Shown here in pieces: positions 7,760 to 16,339 of a stretch of DNA of 64,000 bases (position 1 is the stretch's first letter; every line of letters begins with the position of its first letter). This stretch comes from Flavobacteriales bacterium UBA5081 (GTDB lineage Bacteria > Bacteroidota > Bacteroidia > Flavobacteriales_E > Vicingaceae), in NCBI GenBank assembly GCA_002415785.1, contig DIAJ01000032.1:61142-125141 (forward strand), given 5' to 3'. A program made the position numbers and the translations under genes. The notes beneath the pieces were generated by a model. The model worked only from the letters and a program-made list of their open reading frames with translations, did no database searches and was not told the DNA's origin.

Positions 7760-8395
7760 TTAGAATGGATTAAGTTTATCACTGCTATTATTTTTAATAT
7801 TTACTTTCTCAATTAAAGGTTGTAAAACGGAGTCAATCTTCTTTTTCAAGATTGGAACGTATTCCACAATATCATTTTGATGTAATTCTAAGACATCTTC
7901 AATAGCAGAAACATAATTTTTTAATTCATTTTTCAAAGATTCAATTACTTTATCATTGCCACTAATACCACCTAACCAATTAGTCAATTTAACAACCATT
8001 GTATTATCTTTTATCTCAACCTCAAGAGGTTTGAATCCATAAGTCTTGGAAGGCACACACTTAAAAAAATCCTTATTCCCTTTAAAAGGGATGGTATAAT
8101 TTGCAACTTCAATATTATATCTACGTCCCATGACAAATTCTGTACCTGCAGGTAATTGTTGACCTGACATTTCTTCAATGATTATAGAGGACTTCGTTTG
8201 CTCTTTTAATAAACTTGGAACTTCTAAATCAAGGTCATCTACTAAGTTTTCAATTTCTCTTTCTTTATCAAGGTTTGCTAAAACGCTATCGCTGTATCCT
8301 GTAATTTTATTTTTTACTTCATCCTCTTTTTCAGTTAGATAGTGAGGTAATTGTATCTCTCTAAATAGATTAACGTATTTCTTTCGTCCGAACAT
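7760..8395 (-). CDS. Hypothetical protein (211 aa)
   Basis: An intact ORF with protein-like composition and no recognisable motif. It lies downstream of a ~570-nt GC-enriched noncoding stretch. Confidence 0.55.
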   Translation of the reverse strand: MFGRKKYVNLFREIQLPHYLTEKEDEVKNKITGYSDSVLANLDKEREIENLVDDLDLEVPSLLKEQTKSSIIIEEMSGQQLPAGTEFVMGRRYNIEVANYTIPFKGNKDFFKCVPSKTYGFKPLEVEIKDNTMVVKLTNWLGGISGNDKVIESLKNELKNYVSAIEDVLELHQNDIVEYVPILKKKIDSVLQPLIEKVNIKNNSSDKLNPF

Positions 8396-8444
8396 AATTT
8401 TTTATTTTAGTTATTTATTAAATGAGCTGATTTTTAATCAGCTA

Positions 8445-9010
8445 TTATGCCATCATTTTAATACTGACATATTTACTGATTAAACGAAATGTAAGGAAAA
8501 ACAGCCTTGAGCCAAACGGCGTAGCCATAGCGCTGACATTGCGAGCCGCCTGCGAGTTGAGCAAAGGTGGGGCAAATAAAAGCATGAGGAACGAATGCAA
8601 TTTGCCGCTATGTAGGGTTTTGAAAAACGGAGACACATCTAGAAAATAAACAGGAGGGTCGAGGCTTTTCAAAACCCGGACGAGGCTACCGATTTAATCG
8701 CCAGAGCGTCAGCGGAGGCAAGTCAATAAGGAAAACCGAAGCCTGCCGCGACCCGCAGGCGAGCAAAACATGGGCAAACGGTGGGTTTTTAGTTGTTGCA
8801 ATATCTTCGATTTGCAAGGGCTAAAAACACAGAGTAGTTTGCCGTGACGACTGGCCGAGGAACGCAATAAAAGTGACAAGCTGCGAAGCACCCGAAGGGT
8901 TTTACAGCTTATTTTTTAATCCTTTTAAAAACCAACTATTCTAAAAAATGTGCTGTGAAAGCTTGGCGGTTTTATTTGCTGACGACCGAAGGAGGAACAC
9001 CGCTTTTCCT
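8445..9010. ncRNA. Candidate large structured noncoding RNA or decayed element (GC-enriched, hairpin-rich, non-coding)
   Basis: The segment is locally much more GC-rich than its flanks. It has a perfect 12-bp stem at 8615-8626/8666-8677, a 6-bp stem at 8741-8746/8755-8760, and three GAGGAAC motifs. The ORFs called here translate to low-complexity R/S/L-rich sequence. Confidence 0.3.
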
Positions 9011-9013
9011 GTT

Positions 9014-10087
9014 CTATTTATTCAATTTCCTTTCCATTTCTATCTCTTTTCGCTCTCTTTCAATTTCCTTTTCCAACTCTTCTTCAGTTGGTAAATAAGT
9101 CATGTATTTAGATGCAAAAATCTGTTTGCTTTCATTCAGTAAACTGTATTTCACAACAGTATGGTCTTTTTCAGTGCAGAGAATTAGCCCTATGGTCGGA
9201 TTGTCGTTTTCTTTTCTCACTTTATCTTCAAAATAGCGAACGTACATATCCATTTGCCCAATGTCTTGGTGGCTCAGCTCCGTTGTTTTAAGGTCGATTA
9301 TCAGAAAGCATTTTAAGATGTAATTGTAAAACACCAAGTCGGCGTAAAAGTGTTTACCTGTTTCAGTGGTTAATCGGTGTTGTCTGCCAACAAAAGCAAA
9401 ACCTTTTCCGAGTTCCAGTAAAAAGTCCTGTAGCTTATCAATAATGGCTTGTTCTAACTCACTTTCTCTAAAATTGGGATTATCCTTTAAACCCAAAAAT
9501 TCTAAAACATAAGGATCTTTAATAATGTCGCCTGCTTCTTGCTCTTGTGTTTTTTGAAGGGCTTCTTCTTTAACTACTTTGTCATTTCTACTCATGAACA
9601 TTCGTTCATAATAGAGATTCCCAATTTGTCGATCAAGGCTTCTTGTGCTCCAATTACAGTCAATCGCCTCATTCAAATAAAATTCTCTGGCTTCTTCCTT
9701 TTCTACTTTCAAAAGCAAGCGATAATGTGTCCAACTCAATTCGGAACGCACTGCGTTCCATTTTGGAAAAACTCTGTAAAACTGCCGAATATGCCTTAAG
9801 TTTCGATTGCTAAACCCTTTGCCGTATTCTTTAGTTAGTTTTTCGGATAATTCCTCTAATAAAGCCTCTCCATATTCTGCTCGTTCTTCTCCCTTCTGTT
9901 CTTCTTCAACAATCAACTTTCCAATGCTCCAATAGGCTTGAACCATTGCAAAATTTGCTGCCCGATACACTTTGTCTCTCGACTCTTCTATAACTTGCTT
10001 TACTTCTTTGTAAAGGTTTTCTATTGTCTTTTGGGGGAACTGTTCTGCCATAGTTTTCAAATTTACTTTTTCAACTTGATATTCCAA
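9014..10087 (-). CDS. YhcG/DUF1016-family PD-(D/E)xK nuclease domain protein
   Basis: The N-terminal pattern is typical of DUF1016 (AYWSIGKLIVEEEQKGEERAEYGEALLEELSEKLTKEYGKGFSNRNLRHIRQFYRVFP). The C-terminal ADLVFYN...LIIDLKT is a PD-(D/E)xK-like core. Confidence 0.85.
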   Translation of the reverse strand: MEYQVEKVNLKTMAEQFPQKTIENLYKEVKQVIEESRDKVYRAANFAMVQAYWSIGKLIVEEEQKGEERAEYGEALLEELSEKLTKEYGKGFSNRNLRHIRQFYRVFPKWNAVRSELSWTHYRLLLKVEKEEAREFYLNEAIDCNWSTRSLDRQIGNLYYERMFMSRNDKVVKEEALQKTQEQEAGDIIKDPYVLEFLGLKDNPNFRESELEQAIIDKLQDFLLELGKGFAFVGRQHRLTTETGKHFYADLVFYNYILKCFLIIDLKTTELSHQDIGQMDMYVRYFEDKVRKENDNPTIGLILCTEKDHTVVKYSLLNESKQIFASKYMTYLPTEEELEKEIERERKEIEMERKLNK

Positions 10088-10113
10088 TTTGGAACATCAA
10101 ACACTTATTCTTT

Positions 10114-11058
10114 CTAAAACGGATAAAACTCATCGATATCTTTCTGTAAATCTTCCGTATGATTCACTAAATATCCTTCCGTAGAACTTACATATCGATG
10201 TCCGGCCATGTACTGAACTTGCCTTAAATTAAATTGCTTTAGCCAATGTGTAATCACAGAAGTCCGAACTTGTTTGAAGTTGATAAAATAGTTGTTTTGC
10301 TCTCTGATTTCTTGACTTAATCGCTTCCAAATTTCTTTACAATCTGTTCTTACATTATAATTTCTTCCGAATGGTGGCGAGCTGATAAATAAATTGTTAG
10401 TTTCTCCTTTGCAGTATTTCAACAGCTCATTCCTTGTTGTAAATTGGTATTCCATCAGTTCAATAATTTGGTTTGATTTCAATTCCAATGTCCGTTCGTT
10501 GCTCTTTCTTCCTCCGGCAATAAATATTTTGCCTTCTTTCAATTTTAGATCACTCAGTTGTAAATTGCTTACTTCCGGAGTGGTTAAACCTTGATGGATC
10601 ATTAAACTTAAAATGGCTTTGTTTCGAGCTTTACTCAATCGGTAACTTTCAAACCAATTTCGCTTGGCTCGCTCATCTTTTTCATCGGGAATTTTGTAAT
10701 CAGTATAAAGCTTGTCCAATTGTTGTTTATCTAAAATCGGATAAAGCTTTTTCGTTTTTGCTCCTCTAATTCTCAGGTGCTGAACCGGATTGTCTGTTCG
10801 GTGGCCTTGTTCGATTTGATAGTTAAAAAACTGCTTGATCACATTCAACCTAATGTTTCGGGTTTTGCTTTCCTGTCCTTTCTTCTGCAAGTGGTTCAAA
10901 TAACTTAGAACTTCTTTTGCTGTAGCGTTTTCCGGTTCTGTGTGGTCTTTGTCCAACCATGCTAAAAAATCAAGTGCGTAGCTGCTGTAATGGCTTACGG
11001 TGGATTTGCTTTTACCTTGGCTTTGTAAATAATCTTTAAAGCTTTTCATCTTTATCAA
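10114..11058 (-). CDS. Tyrosine-type site-specific recombinase (divergent second subunit)
   Basis: It has an N-terminal SAM-like core-binding region and a C-terminal catalytic region with VRTSVITHW...GHRYVSSTEGY (R...H/R...Y). It overlaps the upstream recombinase by 23 nt. Confidence 0.8.
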   Translation of the reverse strand: MIKMKSFKDYLQSQGKSKSTVSHYSSYALDFLAWLDKDHTEPENATAKEVLSYLNHLQKKGQESKTRNIRLNVIKQFFNYQIEQGHRTDNPVQHLRIRGAKTKKLYPILDKQQLDKLYTDYKIPDEKDERAKRNWFESYRLSKARNKAILSLMIHQGLTTPEVSNLQLSDLKLKEGKIFIAGGRKSNERTLELKSNQIIELMEYQFTTRNELLKYCKGETNNLFISSPPFGRNYNVRTDCKEIWKRLSQEIREQNNYFINFKQVRTSVITHWLKQFNLRQVQYMAGHRYVSSTEGYLVNHTEDLQKDIDEFYPF

Positions 11059-11974
11059 TTAAGTGTGTGTAAATCTGTGTGCTCTCCAAGCTGCTGTGAC
11101 CTAAGAACCGTTGGATCTTCTGCAATTCCATTCCGTTTTCTAAAAGGTGGGTTGCGATGGAATGCCGTAACGTATGTAAACCCACTTCCTTTTGCTGTAA
11201 GTCTGGATTATCAACCAACAGGATCAGTTTCTTTAATCGCGTGTACAAACTGCCGCCTGTCATGGCTTTTCCGAACATGCTGATAAAAAGTTTTCCGTCC
11301 TTTTGGCTCTTGATCAATTGTGGTCTGTAATCATAAATCCATTCCTGCAAGATTTTGGAACTCGACTTGCTGAACGGAACCAATCGTTCTTTGTAGTTCT
11401 TGCCTTTTCTCACATGCAGGATTCTCCGGTCAAAGTTCAGATCATCTACCTCCAAGCTGCTGCCTTCTCTTCTTCGTAATCCACAAGCATAAAAAACCAC
11501 CAACATCGCTTTGTCCCTTGCGTTGAAGGCTTCTTGTTTTGGGTGTACAGTTTCCTGGTTGGTAGCTTCAAAAAGTTGTTTAATTTCTTCTTGTGTCAAA
11601 ACGGTAATGTTTCCCTTTTCAACTTTGAGTTGCTTTAAAGTTACGGGCGGGATTCCATTTGTTCCTTTGTGTTGTAAGAACTCATAGAACTTTTCAAGTG
11701 CTTGAATTTGTTGGTTGATATAAACGTTTCCAAGTCCTCCTCCTCTTCGTTGGTTGGGTCGTGTGCTCAGGTAATCAAAGTAGTCTTTGTAATGTTGGCT
11801 TTGGAGTTGATTGATCTGGTTGCAGTCTTCTTGCTCTAAAAAATGCAGGAACTCGCGAATCATGGAAGGCATGTTGTAAACGGTCTGCGGATTGTAACCG
11901 AGTATGTCCAACCACTCTTTAAAAGCGACTTGTAAGTGTTCGTAGCTAGGGTTTTTTAGCGGTAAATTTTTCAT
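11036..11974 (-). CDS. Tyrosine-type site-specific recombinase/integrase (XerC/D-like)
   Basis: ACGLRRREGSSL (catalytic R) together with HTLRHSIATHLLENG...LGHSSLESTQIYTHL gives the canonical R-H-R-Y set. Confidence 0.9.
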   Translation of the reverse strand: MKNLPLKNPSYEHLQVAFKEWLDILGYNPQTVYNMPSMIREFLHFLEQEDCNQINQLQSQHYKDYFDYLSTRPNQRRGGGLGNVYINQQIQALEKFYEFLQHKGTNGIPPVTLKQLKVEKGNITVLTQEEIKQLFEATNQETVHPKQEAFNARDKAMLVVFYACGLRRREGSSLEVDDLNFDRRILHVRKGKNYKERLVPFSKSSSKILQEWIYDYRPQLIKSQKDGKLFISMFGKAMTGGSLYTRLKKLILLVDNPDLQQKEVGLHTLRHSIATHLLENGMELQKIQRFLGHSSLESTQIYTHLIDKDEKL

Positions 11975-12004
11975 TCGCTTATACCTTTTGGTGAACTTTT
12001 TGAA

Positions 12005-13633
12005 CTACGCCTTTACAACTTTGGTTTTCTTTGACTTAGGTGGTTCATTTTTTGATTGAACCGCTTTTGAACGTTCAGACTTTTCTTGGAGTAAATTTTT
12101 TAAGGCTTCTAAGCTCTGATCTAGTGCTGTGTTGATTTTCTCTTTTAATTGCCTGTATTCTTCGTAGCTTGTTATTTGATATTGATAACCTTGGTTCTTA
12201 TTGCCTTTGATTCGTTTTAAATAGTAGTTGCTTACTAAGCTAATTGTCCACCGTTTTTGATTGCTTTGGTTGATCCGTAGTTTCTTTCTGATTTCTCGAT
12301 TACTAAAAGTTTTCTTGTTTTCTACTTCTAAATAAGCTTTGATTTGTTCCAGGTAGTTTCTGCAAGCTCCGTTGAGTTCATCGGATTTGCGGAGTAAGAT
12401 TTCTTTTAACAGTCGGTTAGTTGCTTCTATGTCTTCTAAAGTGGTTTCAATGTAGATTTCTCCGGTTTCTTCGTCTGCTTTCTGTTCCCGCTGATGTTGA
12501 TGATAAAAAGTAACCGCTTCAATAAATTGTAAATAATGGTTGTTCGTTCTCCGGGGCTTAAAAACCTCTTTCGGGATTTGTAGGATTTCAGCAAAGGGAT
12601 TGACTACTTTGATGGGTTCCAATAAGCGTTGACAGTTCTGTAATAATTGGGCTGCTTCGGCTTCTTCTTGTTTGTTGATTTTTCCTGCTGAAGATCTCCG
12701 CTGGTAGTCCATAATTCTCTGGTCTTGTTCTTCGCTTTCATCTAAATAAATCAAAAAGGATCGGTTGGCGTTGTCTTCATAAATCTGTTCTTTGGTGGTG
12801 CATCCTGCAACGCTTACCGGACCTTCAACCACTAAATGCAATGTTTTGGTTTCTCCTTTGGTGTTCTTGTGGGCTACGGTTTTGGAGATTCGCTTTTTGG
12901 ATTGTAATTCTCTTAGTGGATAGAGCACGTTTTCTGCTCCGTCCAAGTCTTCAATTAAGATCAGTTTATTTTTGAGTTCTCTTTGTCCAAAGTAGTAAAA
13001 GGCGTTTTCGCTTAATGTGGTAATTTCGATTCGGTCTTCTTCGGGTACCAGCTCTCCAACTTTTTCTTGTAAATGGGTTTTGCCTGTTCCACTTGCTCCA
13101 AGACTTACAATGTGTAGCGGTTGGGTTTGTTTTCTGCTCGTAAAAATCAGGTACATCAAAAGCCGGTTGTTTTCTTCGCCTATCATTCCTGATTTCCCGA
13201 TCATTTCATTAGTTCGTTCTAATAGGTTTTCTGATTTGAGGAAGGTTTCAGCTTCCTTGCGTTCGTCATTGCTCAGTTTGGGCGGTTCGTAAGGTTTGGG
13301 CTGGTTCTCTTTAATTTGCTTCATGCGGTAGGCTTCCAACTGACCGGTGAGCTCGGCCATGCTCGCAGCAAGTACACTGGTTCCAATCTCTAACTTTTCT
13401 GCGGCTCTTCGGATCAGCTTCTCGGTTTGGTTGTCGTTGTACAGGTCTAAGTTGTGGCGTACTGGTGGTGCACTCGTCTCGTCTCCGCTCGACGTGACGA
13501 GTTCGATTTTTAAAGTACTTCGCATTCGATCTAATCCATCCAATTTGATTCCGCCCAAAACAGTTAATTTGAGTAGGTCGTTTTGGTAGATTAGGCTTTC
13601 CGGGTTCGTGGTGTTGAAGTTTTTTGCTGCCAT
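12005..13633 (-). CDS. P-loop NTPase, putative replication/primase-helicase-like protein of the integrative element
   Basis: Walker A is LGASGTGKTH and Walker B-like is KLILIEDLDGAE. The C-terminal region is basic and winged-helix-like. It is divergently arranged with an XRE regulator. Confidence 0.6.
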   Translation of the reverse strand: MAAKNFNTTNPESLIYQNDLLKLTVLGGIKLDGLDRMRSTLKIELVTSSGDETSAPPVRHNLDLYNDNQTEKLIRRAAEKLEIGTSVLAASMAELTGQLEAYRMKQIKENQPKPYEPPKLSNDERKEAETFLKSENLLERTNEMIGKSGMIGEENNRLLMYLIFTSRKQTQPLHIVSLGASGTGKTHLQEKVGELVPEEDRIEITTLSENAFYYFGQRELKNKLILIEDLDGAENVLYPLRELQSKKRISKTVAHKNTKGETKTLHLVVEGPVSVAGCTTKEQIYEDNANRSFLIYLDESEEQDQRIMDYQRRSSAGKINKQEEAEAAQLLQNCQRLLEPIKVVNPFAEILQIPKEVFKPRRTNNHYLQFIEAVTFYHQHQREQKADEETGEIYIETTLEDIEATNRLLKEILLRKSDELNGACRNYLEQIKAYLEVENKKTFSNREIRKKLRINQSNQKRWTISLVSNYYLKRIKGNKNQGYQYQITSYEEYRQLKEKINTALDQSLEALKNLLQEKSERSKAVQSKNEPPKSKKTKVVKA

Positions 13634-13669
13634 CTAAAAAATATTTTTACTGATATATCTATCACAAAA

Positions 13670-13689
13670 GTATAAGATATATCTTATAC
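13670..13689. promoter_or_regulatory. Perfect 20-bp palindrome (gtataagatatatcttatac) in the divergent promoter region; candidate operator for the adjacent XRE repressor
   Basis: I read the palindrome directly. It sits between the ATPase start (13633, minus) and the HTH gene start (13776, plus). Confidence 0.45.
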
Positions 13690-13775
13690 ACACAAGAGTC
13701 ATCTGACTTTGTTCTGACATTTATATCCCCTATCTTTGTCTGAATAGCTTATTTCATTACTTATTACTGTTATTT

Positions 13776-14099
13776 ATGACGTTTGGAGAACGCATTACAA
13801 GCATTCGTAAAGCAGCCGGATTTTCCCAAAATGAACTGGGGAAAAAGGTGGGTACTTCCGGGGATATCATCGGCAAGTATGAACGCAACGAGGTAAAGCC
13901 ATCTATTGAGGTGGCTTCTAAAATTGCGGATACACTGGAAGTGTCTTTGGATTATCTGCTCGGTAAAACTTCTGTGCAGCTTGATAAAACTACCATTAAG
14001 CGTTTGCAGGACATTGAAGCCCTACCGGAAGAAGACCGCTTGCACATCTTTTATGCGCTCGATAATCTCATTAAAGCTGCTAAATTTAAAACGATTTAA
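13776..14099 (+). CDS. XRE-family helix-turn-helix transcriptional regulator
   Basis: RKAAGFSQNELGKKVGTSGDIIGKYERNEVKPSIEVASKIADTLEVSLDYLLG is a typical HTH_3 (Cro/C1) domain. Confidence 0.9.
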   Translation: MTFGERITSIRKAAGFSQNELGKKVGTSGDIIGKYERNEVKPSIEVASKIADTLEVSLDYLLGKTSVQLDKTTIKRLQDIEALPEEDRLHIFYALDNLIKAAKFKTI

Positions 14100-14101
14100 T
14101 T

Positions 14102-14386
14102 ATGCCACTAAATGATGTACAAGGTTCTATTACCGTGACCGATAACAACGGTAACCAACACACTATTAATGCTGAAGACTTAGATTTCCAAGAAGTTGAA
14201 AGACATGAGCGGGAAATGGGACCTGAAGTAATTTATACTGGAGAAGTCCAAGCGGAAGATAGTAGTTGGTCTGCAACGGTTCAAGTCACTGAATACCCAT
14301 TAGGACAACAAGAAGGAGACGAAGATATTGAGACTGATAATTGTACCGCTCAAAGTAATCTGACTTTTAACTTTCAAGTTGAGTAG
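14102..14386 (+). CDS. Small acidic hypothetical protein (94 aa) coupled to the XRE regulator
   Basis: It starts 3 nt after the HTH gene stop. It is strongly acidic (E/D-rich) with no recognisable motif. Confidence 0.5.
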   Translation: MPLNDVQGSITVTDNNGNQHTINAEDLDFQEVERHEREMGPEVIYTGEVQAEDSSWSATVQVTEYPLGQQEGDEDIETDNCTAQSNLTFNFQVE

Positions 14387-14470
14387 AACTTGGATAACTT
14401 CAAGACCATAGAAATTCTTGAATCTCTTGCCAATGGTATTGATCCTACCGCTATACTTGCCGCAGCAGAG

Positions 14471-15466
14471 CTAATTACTCATCTCACTTAAATAACGGGC
14501 ACTTACCCAACCTGCTTCTAATGTTCCTGTTCCCGGTTTTGTATAAGTAACGTATCTCCAATGATTAATCGATTTAACTATTGTTACTATTTCTCCTTTA
14601 GGAATAGTAAGTAGAATAGTTTCCTTCGATCTGGTATTGGGTTCACTTCGTAAATTGAGATTAGCTGTGGTTTCTCTATCATTTTCGGTTAATGATTGTA
14701 TTAATATTCCTAACTGTTCTAATTTCTCTTCACTTATTACTTCCTCTTGACTTTTAGACTTTTCTAATTCTATAACAGAATATAAAGCCACCAAAACACT
14801 TATGATTGTAAAAATAAGTCCTATTTTTTCTCTTAATTCTCTTACTTTATCTCTTTGTGCTCGCTTCTCCTCTCGACTTTCCGCTTTCTTTAAAAGTTCA
14901 TTAGTTTTTTGCTGCTCTGCAAGATTTCTTTTAGTAAGCTCTACTAACTTATTTAAAACCTGATTTGACAGAGTTCCTTCTTTTTCTACTTTATCTAATA
15001 TCTCAGCGGCTTCTATTAAGTCCTGATCCTCTACAAGGTAATTGTTCCAAAAACTTTTAGGCAATAAACCCACTACCATATTGGGCAAAAATGCAGCCCC
15101 TTGTATATCGTGAATTTTACTAGCTTGCTCTAATCGACTATTTAAACTCTGCATGCTCTTAGCAATGCTCAAAAGGCTTTTATTTTGAGTTCCATTCGTT
15201 ATATCTTGCAACTTATCATACATTGATTTCATTTTCAATAAATCCGAGGATGGAGTAAAACGATTATAGACCCTTTGGATTTTTTCAAAAGCTTCCATCA
15301 CACCAGATGAGCCAAAATGTTTGCTAAAGTCCGGTAATGGAGTTCCTGTAGATAGTCCTGAACTAATAAACCTTCCTTCCTTCTTCTCCGGTTTCGACTC
15401 CCTCTTTTTCTTTGCTTTGTCTGGTTTATCCTTTAAGGACTTTTCCCCCTTTTTCTTTTTTGCCAT
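14471..15466 (-). CDS. Single-pass membrane protein with polybasic N-terminus, coiled-coil middle and C-terminal bacterial SH3 domain
   Basis: The N-terminus is MAKKKKGEKSLKDKPDKAKKKRESKPEKK and the TM segment is IGLIFTIISVLVALYSVI. The C-terminal NLRSEPN....ILLTIPKGEIVTIV....HWRYVTY......GWVSARYL fits the SH3b pattern. Confidence 0.65.
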   Translation of the reverse strand: MAKKKKGEKSLKDKPDKAKKKRESKPEKKEGRFISSGLSTGTPLPDFSKHFGSSGVMEAFEKIQRVYNRFTPSSDLLKMKSMYDKLQDITNGTQNKSLLSIAKSMQSLNSRLEQASKIHDIQGAAFLPNMVVGLLPKSFWNNYLVEDQDLIEAAEILDKVEKEGTLSNQVLNKLVELTKRNLAEQQKTNELLKKAESREEKRAQRDKVRELREKIGLIFTIISVLVALYSVIELEKSKSQEEVISEEKLEQLGILIQSLTENDRETTANLNLRSEPNTRSKETILLTIPKGEIVTIVKSINHWRYVTYTKPGTGTLEAGWVSARYLSEMSN

Positions 15467-15633
15467 TCTTTTTATTTAAAAAGCCCCTAATCTCTCAGAG
15501 GCTTAATGCTTTTTTATCCCGCTAGCTGATAAATATTCCCGCAGCATGCAAATAATGCGGAGCGGATACCAGAACATTTGAATACGGCGAAACAGGTCGC
15601 AGCAGGTATTTAATTTAAGTGACATTACCGCAT

Positions 15634-16329
15634 TTACCTACCTAAAAACCCATTTAAAGGTATTCGAGAAAAGCAAGAATTTAACTCCTGTTTGGAAAGA
15701 GGATTAGCTCCAATTGTTGACTCATTAACATTAATGTAAAATACAGATTTAAAACAATCCAGCTTTGTTGATTGATTATCATAGCCCTTCAGTAAACAGT
15801 CTAAATCTAACTCTTCAAACAATCTATCTAAACTTTCCCACTTTGATATTAAACTTTCTAATACTTTTGTCTTTTTCCTATTTTTCAGAAAGTAATCAAA
15901 CAACAAATTAATATCATTCTCTACATACCCTCCCACCCTCAAACAAGCATTACTAGCCATATCTTTATAACATAATAAAAACCTAGCTTGATTATAACTA
16001 TTATCATCAGGTAATTTAAATAATTGAATTTGATAATTCTGAATATCAAATCCCAACTCATTTGGAAGCTTTAAACTAAAAACAGGAGTATTAACAATCT
16101 TCATGTATTTATAGTGATTCTCTCGAATAAAATCCCTCCTCTCCCAGCTTAAATCAGAGGCATAATGTCCATCTGTTTCAACACTTGTATACAATAACAT
16201 TTTAGTCTTCTCATCAGTTTCATCCCCTTGAGCTAAAACTTGAACTTGCATGCTTAAAGCTAAAAAAACAGTTATCAAAATCCATTTATCAACTATGTAA
16301 TAATTATTACTATTCTTTGCATTCATCAT
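15634..16329 (-). CDS. Exported protein, putative cognate immunity protein of the main RHS toxin
   Basis: 231 aa starting 10 nt after the RHS gene stop. It has an N-terminal signal/anchor (WILITVFLALSMQVQVLAQG). The function is inferred from position only. Confidence 0.55.
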   Translation of the reverse strand: MMNAKNSNNYYIVDKWILITVFLALSMQVQVLAQGDETDEKTKMLLYTSVETDGHYASDLSWERRDFIRENHYKYMKIVNTPVFSLKLPNELGFDIQNYQIQLFKLPDDNSYNQARFLLCYKDMASNACLRVGGYVENDINLLFDYFLKNRKKTKVLESLISKWESLDRLFEELDLDCLLKGYDNQSTKLDCFKSVFYINVNESTIGANPLSKQELNSCFSRIPLNGFLGR

Positions 16330-16339
16330 TTTTACGCTC

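Larger units (their letters stand above)
9014..14386. mobile_element. Core of an integrative element: YhcG nuclease, two tyrosine recombinases, P-loop replication-like ATPase and an XRE regulator pair. The true ends were not identified, and the whole island may span about 4928-15633.
   Basis: The call rests on gene content and on position between the rhs immunity gene and the orphan rhs cassettes. I could not find flanking direct repeats or a tRNA target. Confidence 0.5.

Noticed and set aside
8445-8891. ORFs 8445..8672 and 8709..8891 (minus) as protein-coding genes
   Set aside because: The translations are low-complexity (R/S/L/F-rich) with no start context. The region is better explained as structured noncoding or decayed DNA.
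15479-15503. Hairpin aaagcccctaatctctcagaggctt as a terminator after the rhs immunity gene
   Set aside because: The stem is imperfect, there are only three U residues on the gene strand, and it abuts the next start codon. That is not convincing enough to annotate.
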